From an uncultured Gemmatimonadaceae bacterium (GTDB lineage: Bacteria; Gemmatimonadota; Gemmatimonadetes; Gemmatimonadales; Gemmatimonadaceae), in NCBI GenBank assembly GCA_963781585.1, contig CAWAGQ010000008.1, positions 320,001-384,000 of the forward strand: a stretch of 64,000 nt of DNA. Reading direction: 5' to 3'. The translations under genes were made by a program, and so were the position numbers. The notes beneath the pieces were generated by a model. The model did no database searches and was not told where the DNA came from. It saw only the letters and a list, made by a program, of their open reading frames with translations. Numbering within the stretch: position 1 is the first letter of the stretch; each line of letters opens with the position of its first letter. Of this stretch, positions 50,689-59,821 are shown piece by piece.

Positions 50689-50808
50689 TCAGGACTTGGG
50701 CGGGGGAGTCGGGGGCGCGGGCGCCTTGCGCTTCTTGTGGCGTCTGGTCTTTCCATAGCTGCCACGGTTGATCTTTCCACGGCGTGAGCGTTGGTCTCCC
50801 TTTCCCAT
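50689..50808 (-). CDS. 30S ribosomal protein Thx (bTHX)
   Basis: MGKGDQRSRRGKINRGSYGKTRRHKKRK matches the Thx pattern GKGD.R...GKI..G.YGK.R; SD GGAG. Confidence 0.88.
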   Translation of the reverse strand: MGKGDQRSRRGKINRGSYGKTRRHKKRKAPAPPTPPPKS

Positions 50809-51154
50809 CGACGAGTCTCCAAGCGGGGGGGGGGTGGGCGAAATTGGCAGCCGCCTATCGAGTGACTGAGGAACGAGTTGACAAGGTATGGAGTTGAGCG
50901 GAAGGCTGGCAGTGGCGATGTCCCGCGCGCGTCTGTTCCATGTTGCGAAACGCGCGGGAGAAATGTCCTCATTAAAGCGGGCCGCCCGGCTCTCATCGTA
51001 AGCGTATGTCATCCAACAAGAAAGACCATGCGGGCCCAGTCGCGGGGTACTACGCCAGCGGCTGGGACCGTTTTCATGCGGGTGGAATCCCGCCCACGGA
51101 TCGAACGTGACCGACCCCAGGGTTTCATCAGATCGTGCGCGTCGAACGCCGCCG

Positions 51155-52435
51155 ATGAATCGGCGGCTCGAGGAGCGCCGCACGCCGGTTGGTGTGCCAT
51201 CGGCGCCGGTGGGCCACCGGAAGCGAGTGTGCGTGGTGATCGGAACGCGTCCGGAGGCGATCAAGATGGCCCCGGTGATTACGGAGCTCGAGCGTCACGC
51301 CGAGGAATTCGAGACCGTGATCGTCGCCACGGCACAGCATCGAGAGATGCTCGCGCAGGCGATGTCGGCGTTTCAGCTGCGGCCGCACATCGATCTGGGC
51401 CTGATGGCGACCCGTCAGGCGCTGTCGGACTTCACGTCGCGTGCCCTGCTGGCGCTGTCGAGCTGCTTCACCGAATTGCGGCCGGACCTCGTGCTGGTGC
51501 AGGGGGACACGACCACGGTCCTCGCGGCGGCTCTGGCAGCGCGGTATCTGGGCATTCCGGTGGGGCATGTCGAAGCGGGGCTACGCTCCGGGAGTCTGCA
51601 CAATCCATTTCCCGAGGAATTGAATCGTCGGCTGGCGAGCGTGATCGCGGAGCTGCATTTCGCGCCGACCGAAACGGCGCGCGCCAATCTACTGCGCGAG
51701 GGCATTCCGAACGATCGCATTCTGGTGACCGGCAATACCATCGTGGATGCGCTGGCGCGGATTCCGCGTCGGGCAGGATTTGACGAGCCGCGGCTGAACC
51801 TGTTGCCGTGGGTGTCGCAGCGGATGGTGTTGGTCACGGTGCATCGACGGGAGAGCATCGGAGATCCGCTGCGCGGCATGTGTCGGGCGTTAGGCGCGCT
51901 GGCGGATCGATATCGCGACCTGCTGATTCTCTTTCCGGTGCACCTGAATCCGCGGGTGCGAGAGATCGTGCTCGAGGAGCTGGCGGGGCGGGCGGGTGTC
52001 GAGCTGCTGGACCCCCTGAGCTATCCCGACCTGCTCGAAGTCGCACGTCGCAGTCTGTTTGTGATGACCGACTCGGGCGGGATCCAGGAGGAGTGCCCGT
52101 CGCTGCGCAAGCCGGTACTGGTACTCCGCGAAACCACGGAGCGCCCGGAGGTGATTCAGGCCGGATACGGGCGTCTGGTGGGGACCGATCCCACGGCGAT
52201 CGTCTCGGCGGCGTCGCAGCTTCTGGACGATCCTCTGGCACTGGCAGCGATGATTGATGGGGACAACCCATTTGGCGATGGGCTTGCGGCGGTTCGCATC
52301 GTACAGGCGCTGCACCGGTGGGCGCGCGAGGGTGTGACGGCGGGGGCAATTCCACGGGTGGTGCCGGGCGTAGGAACCCTGAGTCCGCTGGAGCAGGATC
52401 CTGCGGGAGCGGTCCGCAAGGCGACGGCCTTATGA
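51155..52435 (+). CDS. wecB: UDP-N-acetylglucosamine 2-epimerase (non-hydrolysing)
   Basis: GTRPEAIKMAPV, QGDTTT, HVEAGLRS, PFPEE.NR, TDSGGIQEE, TERPE, NPFGDG; alternative GTG at 51107. Confidence 0.96.
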   Translation: MNRRLEERRTPVGVPSAPVGHRKRVCVVIGTRPEAIKMAPVITELERHAEEFETVIVATAQHREMLAQAMSAFQLRPHIDLGLMATRQALSDFTSRALLALSSCFTELRPDLVLVQGDTTTVLAAALAARYLGIPVGHVEAGLRSGSLHNPFPEELNRRLASVIAELHFAPTETARANLLREGIPNDRILVTGNTIVDALARIPRRAGFDEPRLNLLPWVSQRMVLVTVHRRESIGDPLRGMCRALGALADRYRDLLILFPVHLNPRVREIVLEELAGRAGVELLDPLSYPDLLEVARRSLFVMTDSGGIQEECPSLRKPVLVLRETTERPEVIQAGYGRLVGTDPTAIVSAASQLLDDPLALAAMIDGDNPFGDGLAAVRIVQALHRWAREGVTAGAIPRVVPGVGTLSPLEQDPAGAVRKATAL

Positions 52436-53250
52436 GAGGGAGGGGACTGGCTGTCGCTGCCCGACTGGCGATGGTCTCGGCGACGTGTGGCGCGCTCGCC
52501 GGGCAGCTGCTTGCCCAGTCGCCCGACAGTTCGTCGGGCCGCAATCGTCGGATCGACCTTTCCGTGGACCAGCATCAGGTGAGCCATGGACTGGGAGATT
52601 GGCACAGCGCCGAACTGCGTCTGGTAATTCCACAAGCAGCGGGGCGCACCGTGTGGTATGGGGACGCGTTGTGGCGGCAGGCGTTCCATGACGAGGGTGT
52701 GTATGCGTCGGTGGCCGTTCAGCAGGTATTGTCGCGGGACTGGTTCGTCTTCGTGAGTCTGGGCGGCGGCAGCGGCGATTTCCTCTTTCCGGATCTCCGC
52801 GCGGACGCCTCCTTGTCGTACAAGTGGCTCGCCAGCCAGCGACTGGTGACGACGGTGGGAGGGACGATGGTTGACGCGAAGCGCGGCTATCGTGAAGAGA
52901 GCGTCTTTGCGGCGTTCGATGCATATCCAGTGGCGGGGATGGTCCTCGAAGCCGGAGTCCGTGGGAGCCGGACCTCGCCGGGGGGCGTGGATTCCCAGCG
53001 GACGTTTGGCGCACTCACGTTAGGCAGCGAAGGAACCCGCTATGTCACGTTTCGGGGCTCCACTGGCACCGAGGGATACCAACTACTGGGTCCGAGCACG
53101 GTGATAGCCAAGTTCACCAGCCACGAGGGCGCGGTGGGGTGGCGTGAGTGGCTGGGACGGACATGGGGAGCGCTGGCCCAGGGCGAGTACTACACGAACC
53201 CCAGCTATCGGCGGACGGGGGTGACGATCGGTGTCTTCGCGCACTGGTAG
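52432..53250 (+). CDS. YaiO family outer-membrane beta-barrel protein
   Basis: Signal peptide, SHGLGDW, amphipathic strands, terminal aromatic W; ATGA overlap with wecB. Confidence 0.75.
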   Translation: MRGRGLAVAARLAMVSATCGALAGQLLAQSPDSSSGRNRRIDLSVDQHQVSHGLGDWHSAELRLVIPQAAGRTVWYGDALWRQAFHDEGVYASVAVQQVLSRDWFVFVSLGGGSGDFLFPDLRADASLSYKWLASQRLVTTVGGTMVDAKRGYREESVFAAFDAYPVAGMVLEAGVRGSRTSPGGVDSQRTFGALTLGSEGTRYVTFRGSTGTEGYQLLGPSTVIAKFTSHEGAVGWREWLGRTWGALAQGEYYTNPSYRRTGVTIGVFAHW

Positions 53251-53266
53251 GACGCCGCCGTATGTG

Positions 53267-54106
53267 ATGATGGCGAAGGGTCGCGAGCGCCTGCTCGCGG
53301 AGCTTCGCCGGCGCGGAGCGCGTGGCGGCATCATCGGGCCGCACCGCGCCCTGGTAAAGGGGCGTCTCACGCCCTGGCGTCTTACGAGCATGGTCCTCAT
53401 TCCGGTGCTGCTCGCGAGCGGGACGGGATTGCTCCTGGCGCCGCTGAGCGACTGGTGGACGTGGGTGCTGACACTGCTGCAACGGCCACTGGGTCTGCCC
53501 GGCACGGTAGCGCGCGACGCGGTCACGATCGCCGGCCGCTTTTCCTTGGCGGTGCCGTACTTCACGACAGACGCGCCGCTTCCGGGCCCATCGCACTACT
53601 GGCTGGTTGGAGGGATCTGCGCCGTGGCGCTGGGTGCCTCGTTCATCCTGTCGCGCCGCTTCACACCGCTCATCTATTTCCTGCGCTTCGCGGTGCTGAT
53701 CCAGCTCACCGCCGTTCTCAATTTCGTGCTCAGGGGAGGCTCCTTTCCCTACGACCTCCCCCGATATCTGGTCAGCCTGTTCCACATCGGCGCCGCGGTC
53801 CTGATTCTCATGCCACTGGTGCTGGGCTTCACGTACTTCCCGTTCAACATCGCGACCTGGCGCAAGGTTCTGGTGACGGCACTCTGCGTGGGCCATATCG
53901 CGGTCCTGCTTCCCCTGCAGGTCACGGTGCACGCCTACCTCATCCATCACCTGTCACTGCTGGTGATGCCGACCCTGTTCTTCCTCTGGGGGATCCTGCT
54001 GCACCTGTTCGTGTTCGTGGCCCTCTACGCTTGGGCGATGAGCTGGCCGGACGTGACGCCTCGAGTTTCGGCGCGCGGTATGGCCACATCCACGGGCCGG
54101 GTCTGA
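53267..54106 (+). CDS. Uncharacterised polytopic membrane protein
   Basis: About 6-7 hydrophobic helices; IGPHRA N-terminus, AWAMSW C-terminus. Confidence 0.8.
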   Translation: MMAKGRERLLAELRRRGARGGIIGPHRALVKGRLTPWRLTSMVLIPVLLASGTGLLLAPLSDWWTWVLTLLQRPLGLPGTVARDAVTIAGRFSLAVPYFTTDAPLPGPSHYWLVGGICAVALGASFILSRRFTPLIYFLRFAVLIQLTAVLNFVLRGGSFPYDLPRYLVSLFHIGAAVLILMPLVLGFTYFPFNIATWRKVLVTALCVGHIAVLLPLQVTVHAYLIHHLSLLVMPTLFFLWGILLHLFVFVALYAWAMSWPDVTPRVSARGMATSTGRV

Positions 54107-54108
54107 CG

Positions 54109-55455
54109 ATGGTCATCACCGTCCTGCTCGTCCTGCTCTACGTTGTGGTCGCGGTGCTGGTGGCATATACCATCCGCCACTACGTGTTCACGCTCAATCG
54201 ACTGTTCGGTCGGCAGCGCCAGCCGTACGTGGACGTCACGGAGGCCGATTGGCCGCAAACGGTGGTGTTCATCCCGTGCCACAACGAGGAGAAGGTCATT
54301 GCCGGATCGCTGGATGCGCTTCTGGCGAACGACTATCCGCATGACCGCCTGACGATCATCCCGATCGACGACCGGTCGACGGACAGCACCGGTGAGATTC
54401 TCCGCGACTTCGCGGAGCGGCACCCGAATCTGGTCAAGCCGGTCTTCCGCAACGAAGGCCAGGCAGGAAAGGCGGCGGCGCTCGCGGAGACCGGTGCGCG
54501 GATTGGTGGCGATGTACATCTGGTGTTCGATGCCGACTACATCCCCGGGCCGCGACTGCTCAAGCAACTCGTAGCGCCGTTCTTCGATCCCGAGGTGGGG
54601 GCTGTGATGGGGCGTGTCGTCCCACATAACGTGGGTGACGGACTCCTGGTGCGGCTGCTCGATCTCGAACGGGCCGGCGGATACCAGGTGGATCAGCAAG
54701 CCCGCATGAATCTCGGTCTCATTCCGCAGTACGGTGGGACGGTGGGAGGCGTGAGGCGGGAGGCGCTGGCGAGCGTGGGTGGCTGGCGGACCGATACCCT
54801 GGCCGAGGATACGGACATCACCTACCGGCTCTATCTGCGCGGATGGGAGGTCGCCTACCAGAACCGCTCCGAATGCTATGAGGAGGTGCCGGAGACCTGG
54901 AATACGCGCATCCGGCAGATCCGGCGGTGGGCACACGGGCACAATCAGGCGCTGGGACGCTACCTGGGTGCGCTGTTGCGGAAGCCTCGTCATTTTCCGC
55001 TGTCGAGGGCCGCCGATGGCATCCTGCTGCTGGGGGTGTTTGCCGTGGCACCGGTGCTCCTGTTCGGGTGGGCCGTTGCGATTGCGCTCTACTACCTGGG
55101 ATACCAGCTGCCTACCGGTGTCCTGGCTGTCCTGATCGTCTCGGCGTTCAGCACGCTCGGTAATTTCGCGGCGTTCTTCGAGGTGGCGACGGCGACGCGT
55201 CTGGACGGCTCGCGGCACCGGGTGCGTCTGCTGCCGTTCCTGTTCTTCGGATTCCTGGTGAGTCTGATCTCGGTGTCCCAGGAGTCCCTGCGCCAGTTGT
55301 TCCGCTGGCCGGGAAAGCGCGCCGTCGTCTGGCACAAGACCGAGCGCTACCGCGCCAATAACCACGTTGTCTCCGGGAATGGCATGACGAACGGTGCCGT
55401 ACGGGCGAACGGCGATGCCTTGAAGCGCCGCCCGGACGACGAGGAGAAAGCGTGA
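54109..55455 (+). CDS. Processive GT2 polysaccharide synthase (CesA/IcaA/PgaC-like)
   Basis: N-terminal TM, IDDRSTD, GKAAAL, FDAD, AED, QIRRW, C-terminal TMs, WHKT. Confidence 0.93.
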   Translation: MVITVLLVLLYVVVAVLVAYTIRHYVFTLNRLFGRQRQPYVDVTEADWPQTVVFIPCHNEEKVIAGSLDALLANDYPHDRLTIIPIDDRSTDSTGEILRDFAERHPNLVKPVFRNEGQAGKAAALAETGARIGGDVHLVFDADYIPGPRLLKQLVAPFFDPEVGAVMGRVVPHNVGDGLLVRLLDLERAGGYQVDQQARMNLGLIPQYGGTVGGVRREALASVGGWRTDTLAEDTDITYRLYLRGWEVAYQNRSECYEEVPETWNTRIRQIRRWAHGHNQALGRYLGALLRKPRHFPLSRAADGILLLGVFAVAPVLLFGWAVAIALYYLGYQLPTGVLAVLIVSAFSTLGNFAAFFEVATATRLDGSRHRVRLLPFLFFGFLVSLISVSQESLRQLFRWPGKRAVVWHKTERYRANNHVVSGNGMTNGAVRANGDALKRRPDDEEKA

Positions 55456-56552
55456 GCGCGCTGGTCTTCGCCGTTCTGCTGCTGGGCACCGCGGCGTGGT
55501 TCCTTCTGCCACTGACACCGGCGCTCAAGGAACTCCTCCGGCCGAGCGATGCCGAACCGCTGACGATGGTCGGGCAGGACTCCGGCGATCTGATGATCTT
55601 TGCGGAGGGGTTTCGGAACTATCTGCGGAGCCAGGTTCCGGAAGCAGTCTCGCCGGGCATGATGATGTCCGGCGCGGCGGATCACCTGCCTGACGGAACG
55701 CCGTTCGTCCACGTGAACGGGCGACCCGAAGTGCTTCAGGAGGCAGCAGACGCACAGCGGCTCATCTCGCAGCTGGTTCTGGCGAGCGGACCGGTACAAC
55801 TGCCGGGCGGGGAGACGTTTCTCCTGGAGCTGTACGCCCGCGACACGTTCATGGGTGGGCCGGGAGCGGTGTACCGCGCGATTCTCGGTGAGAGCGACGT
55901 GAGAATCGGCGAAGGATCCACGGTGCTGCGCTGGGTCCACGCCGAGCACGATCTCACGATCGGCGACGGGTCGCACCTCTCAAGCCGTGCCAGCGCCGTG
56001 GGCGAGATGCGGCTCGGTGAAGGCGTTCGCTTCTCGCGGGTGCGCGCCACACGTATCGTCGTGGGCGGTGAGAATCCTCTGCCTCCAGAGATCCCGGCGC
56101 CGCTTCTGGCAGGCACCATGAAGATGCCGCGGAGCGCGCGACAGGAGCGGGGATTCATTCGGGTCGTTGGTGATCTTTCGATTCCTCCTGGTGCATCGGT
56201 TCTCGGGACGCTCGTCGTGCGTGGATCGCTGCGGCTCGGCGCGAACGCGCGAATCTGCGGCAGCGTGAAAGTCCACGGCGCGTGTCATCTGGAGACCGGC
56301 GCGATCGTGGACGGGAGTCTTGTCTGTCGTGGTGACATTGATCTCGCGAAGGGTTGCCGTGTGGTGGGTCCAGTGATTGCCGATGGCGACGTGTGGCTCG
56401 GCGAAGGATGTTCGGTCGGCGCACCAGGTCATCCGGCGTCTGTCGTTGGTGCCGACGTGGTGTGCGGAACGGGGTCGCAGATCTACGGCGCGGTCACGGC
56501 ACGGGCGGACGGACAGACCGCCACTGCGCGACCCACCGCGCGCGCTCGCTGA
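55452..56552 (+). CDS. Membrane-anchored beta-helix (bactofilin-like) protein
   Basis: N-terminal TM, then repeats GDLSIPPGASVLGTLVVRGSLRLGANARICGSVKVHG...IVDGSLVCRGDI; GTGA overlap with GT2. Confidence 0.75.
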   Translation: MSALVFAVLLLGTAAWFLLPLTPALKELLRPSDAEPLTMVGQDSGDLMIFAEGFRNYLRSQVPEAVSPGMMMSGAADHLPDGTPFVHVNGRPEVLQEAADAQRLISQLVLASGPVQLPGGETFLLELYARDTFMGGPGAVYRAILGESDVRIGEGSTVLRWVHAEHDLTIGDGSHLSSRASAVGEMRLGEGVRFSRVRATRIVVGGENPLPPEIPAPLLAGTMKMPRSARQERGFIRVVGDLSIPPGASVLGTLVVRGSLRLGANARICGSVKVHGACHLETGAIVDGSLVCRGDIDLAKGCRVVGPVIADGDVWLGEGCSVGAPGHPASVVGADVVCGTGSQIYGAVTARADGQTATARPTARAR

Positions 56553-56843
56553 AACAACGAACAGCGCGCAGAGCACTGCTCGGCCAGCTCCATCCATGCC
56601 CCGCCCGTCGAGTCGTGGACAGGCGGGGGCCACGTCATGGACGCGGATTTGGCGCGCGGTCACGCGCGACGCACTGGCGCATCCGTCGTGGCATCAGCAC
56701 CGCAGGAGTTGCGTTGCGTGCGTGCCACACAACGGCGATCACGTTCGCACGCGGTGAGTTCTGACGCGCAGTCGGGGACTCCATCCGGTGGCGGATTGGT
56801 GGTTGCGCATGGCCGCCGGATCATTTGATTTGTCCAATGCCTG

Positions 56844-56857
56844 GGCACAGGGATTGC
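56844..56857 (+). promoter_or_regulatory. Candidate sigma-54 promoter
   Basis: GGCAC-AGGGA-TTGC (GG-N10-GC) about 135 nt upstream of the PEP-CTERM gene. Confidence 0.55.
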
Positions 56858-56992
56858 GAGCCAGGTCACCGGGTTCGTGTGCGCTTTCGCGTCGAACTCG
56901 AGTTGTGTGAGGCGGCGAGGGCGTAAGGCGCGAACAGTCGCCCTGATCGTGCAATCGGCACGACCGTGATGCGGCACTTGAGGTCTTGTTCC

Positions 56993-57859
56993 ATGCTGAC
57001 CAAGCGATGTTACCGGGTTGCGCTGTGTGCGACGCTGGTTGCGCCCATCGTCGCGAGCGCGCAGCGAGTCGTAACGAACGGCGGCCCGTGGGTACCTGAC
57101 TCACGCGGCTCGTCGGTCTTCGGGCTCATTACCGGCGCGAATCCCCGCTACGGAAATGGGTCGCTCCAGCTGAGCCTGACCGGCCAACTGACGGACTGGT
57201 CGTGGTTCAACCTGTTTTCGGGGGATCCGTATCTCACTCAGGGGTGGGGGCTGCTATCCGACGTCAGCGCCGTGGGCTTTGACTGGTACCGGGTAGGGAT
57301 GCCGCCGGCTGGTGACGTTCCGTGGCAAGAGCAGACGCCGGCACTCAGGCTCTACATCCGGAGTGGCGATCCGAGCTCCCCGGAATTCTCCGAGCTCGTC
57401 TGGGAGCGCTATTACAACGTGGCGAGTCCGACTCCGACCGATCAATGGGTCGTTGAGAACCTGCTGGCGGACGAGGTTTTCTGGCGATTCGTGACGGGGG
57501 AAGGGTACACGATCGCGGACTGCAGCAACCCGTCGACGATCACTCCGGGGATACCGTTGAAGACGGAGACGCCCGCTGATTGGGGCAACGGGTCGAACTG
57601 TTTTCCCTCCAACGCGGTCGTCTACGGGATCGGTGTCGGTCTTGGGAGCAACTGGCCGTACCCATATGAGGCATTTGTGGACAACGTCCGGCTCGGCTTC
57701 GGGGACCAGAATCTGACGGTGTGGGACAACTTCGAGCTGGCGGATGCGAACTCGACGCCCGAGCCCGCGTCGCTGGTGCTATTGGCCAGCGCGCTGGTGG
57801 GCGTTGGTGGTGGGGCCATGGCCCGGCGTCGGCGTCTCCGGGCGAACGCGCGAGCGTAG
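56993..57859 (+). CDS. PEP-CTERM sorting-domain surface protein
   Basis: Signal peptide; C-terminal TPEPASLVLL-TM-RRRR. Confidence 0.9.
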   Translation: MLTKRCYRVALCATLVAPIVASAQRVVTNGGPWVPDSRGSSVFGLITGANPRYGNGSLQLSLTGQLTDWSWFNLFSGDPYLTQGWGLLSDVSAVGFDWYRVGMPPAGDVPWQEQTPALRLYIRSGDPSSPEFSELVWERYYNVASPTPTDQWVVENLLADEVFWRFVTGEGYTIADCSNPSTITPGIPLKTETPADWGNGSNCFPSNAVVYGIGVGLGSNWPYPYEAFVDNVRLGFGDQNLTVWDNFELADANSTPEPASLVLLASALVGVGGGAMARRRRLRANARA

Positions 57860-57966
57860 GCCCTTCCGTTCTCATCTCCGCGGCTGGCTCCCGGGCCAGG
57901 CTCCGCGCCAGGCTGTCGCGTGCTGCGGAGCGAGCGCTACCGCGCCTAACGATTCCAGAGACCGAG

Positions 57967-58014
57967 ACGGGCTGCGGCGCCAGGATCCCCGGAGATCCTG
58001 GCGCCGCAGCCCGT
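57967..58014. repeat. Perfect 21-bp inverted repeat (hairpin)
   Basis: ACGGGCTGCGGCGCCAGGATC-CCCGGA-GATCCTGGCGCCGCAGCCCGT between convergent genes; no U tract. Confidence 0.85.
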
Positions 58015-58319
58015 GAACGGCGACAACCCAGTCGCCAGCGTACAACGTAAGACGAACCACGCATTTGCGCGAGTCCGTGGTGCGGAATCGCGCCGGCATC
58101 TCTGCCGTACGGCTGCCACTCTGATGCCGTCCTCCGGTGCGGTGCCCGACCAGCCGCCGTCGCGATCGCACCGCTACCATGACCAAGGACCTCGGCTGGT
58201 GGCGATTTGGTCACCGGTTCACGAGGTGCTCACGACGGTACGCCCCGGCGGCTGGTCCCGGATGCCCTCCCCGAAGGCAGTGCCTAACGAGGCTGCCGCC
58301 AGGCGGGGAGGCGTCGCGT

Positions 58320-58796
58320 CTACTGCAACAAGCTCACCTTGACCGCAAAGGCAACCGAATTGACGCCTTGAGCAACCATCGTGGCCGAGATGAAATAGTC
58401 GCCTGCAGGGAGACGCTGCGCAGATCCCGGGGGGTAAAAGGCGGAGCCACCTTTCCAGACAAAGATCTGCTCCACCGTGCCGTTGCTGGGGAGCACCATC
58501 TGCGACGGTATCGGAACGCAGTCATATCTGCCGCCCGGTGGCACCACGGTCTGCGAGGTCGTGTTGCGAATGAACACCTCGATCTGGCACGATGTGGGGA
58601 AGAGAATGCGAACCTGATCAGCCGTGGGATTCATGGCGCTCACGGTGATTGTGTCTGTTGCTCCCGGCGCGAGCTGGCTCGAACTCACACGGATCTGCAG
58701 CCCGAATGTCTGTTCCGGCGCTTTCGGAACCGTGCTTTGCTGGACGCAGGCTGCCGAGACGATAATCAGAGCTGGGACGAACGGACGTCGCGCCAT
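58320..58796 (-). CDS. Lipoprotein with Ig-like (BsuPI-like) domain
   Basis: Lipobox SAAC; LPAGDYFISA motif. Confidence 0.7.
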   Translation of the reverse strand: MARRPFVPALIIVSAACVQQSTVPKAPEQTFGLQIRVSSSQLAPGATDTITVSAMNPTADQVRILFPTSCQIEVFIRNTTSQTVVPPGGRYDCVPIPSQMVLPSNGTVEQIFVWKGGSAFYPPGSAQRLPAGDYFISATMVAQGVNSVAFAVKVSLLQ

Positions 58797-58979
58797 GCTT
58801 CCATACTACGGTGGATGGGAACGACGCGACACCCATGCGGGGGCCGCACGCACTCAGGCGCCCCTTGCAACTGCGGGCCCTCGGGGAAAGTTCCGCCAGC
58901 AGGACAGGAGGAAGATCCAATTGCTCCCCTCGATGCCTGACACGAGCGCCGAAGGCCGGCGCGGTAACGCAGGACAGGT

Positions 58980-59795
58980 GTGAACACGGATCGAGCAGGG
59001 TCCAACCGTGGCGCGCCGTCAGGTCAGCCGGAGATCCGGCGTCTCTCGCACGACAGCACCAACCGCAGAATGTTCGAGTTGGCACGTCCCTTCCTTGTCG
59101 CAGGGGCGCGGGTTCTCGACCTCGGTGCGGGTGAGGGCTACTTCTCACGGCTGGTTGGCGACCATCTCCGTCATGGCATCGGCGTGGATCCGTCGGCGGT
59201 GCTCTCGGCGTGTGACGCGGTTCCCGGGCAGTTCCGGTACGCCGACGTGGCGTGTGACGGGATCGGCGATGCCGGCGATCTGCCCTACGCCGACCAGAAG
59301 TTCGATCTGGTCTGCAGCCTGGAGGTGATCGAACATGTGGAAGATCAGTTCGCGTTCCTTCGAGAGGCGCACCGGGTGCTCAAGCCTGGCGGTATGCTGG
59401 TCGTGAGCACTCCAAACGTGCTCAACATGAATTCGCGGTGGCGGTATCTGCACTCGGGGTTCGCGCAGCTGTTCGATCCGCTTCCGCTGGACGAGCGAGA
59501 CATCGTGCATACGTCCGGTCACATTCATCCGGTGTCGTACTACTATCTGGCGTACGCGCTGCGAGCCGCCGGATTCCGTGGAGTCGGCGTGACCTACGAT
59601 CACTACAAGCGATCGGCTGTTGCGCAGCTGGTGCTGCTGGCGCCGCTGATCGGGCTTGGACGCCTCGGGTTCCGGCTGCGCATGCGCCGCAAGCGTCGCC
59701 GCGAGATGGAGCAGAACCGCGACTTCGTGAAAGCCATGGATTCGTTCGCGATGCTGACGTCGCGGAGCATCATCGTTTCGGCACGTCGGGCCTGA
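58980..59795 (+). CDS. Class I SAM-dependent methyltransferase
   Basis: [27 protein letters not shown]. Confidence 0.9.
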   Translation: MNTDRAGSNRGAPSGQPEIRRLSHDSTNRRMFELARPFLVAGARVLDLGAGEGYFSRLVGDHLRHGIGVDPSAVLSACDAVPGQFRYADVACDGIGDAGDLPYADQKFDLVCSLEVIEHVEDQFAFLREAHRVLKPGGMLVVSTPNVLNMNSRWRYLHSGFAQLFDPLPLDERDIVHTSGHIHPVSYYYLAYALRAAGFRGVGVTYDHYKRSAVAQLVLLAPLIGLGRLGFRLRMRRKRRREMEQNRDFVKAMDSFAMLTSRSIIVSARRA

Positions 59796-59821
59796 AAGCG
59801 CACTCGCGCGCAGATCGATTC

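Noticed and set aside
50840..51150. c-di-GMP riboswitch upstream of the glycan operon
   Set aside because: GEMM core motifs not found by eye.
50646..51264. Long N-terminal extensions of the SLOG ORF and the 191-aa ORF
   Set aside because: Explained by the short thx gene and non-coding DNA.
53455..54108. N-terminal extension of the GT2 ORF (666 aa)
   Set aside because: It is an off-frame overlap with the membrane protein gene; the TM-bearing start is 54109.
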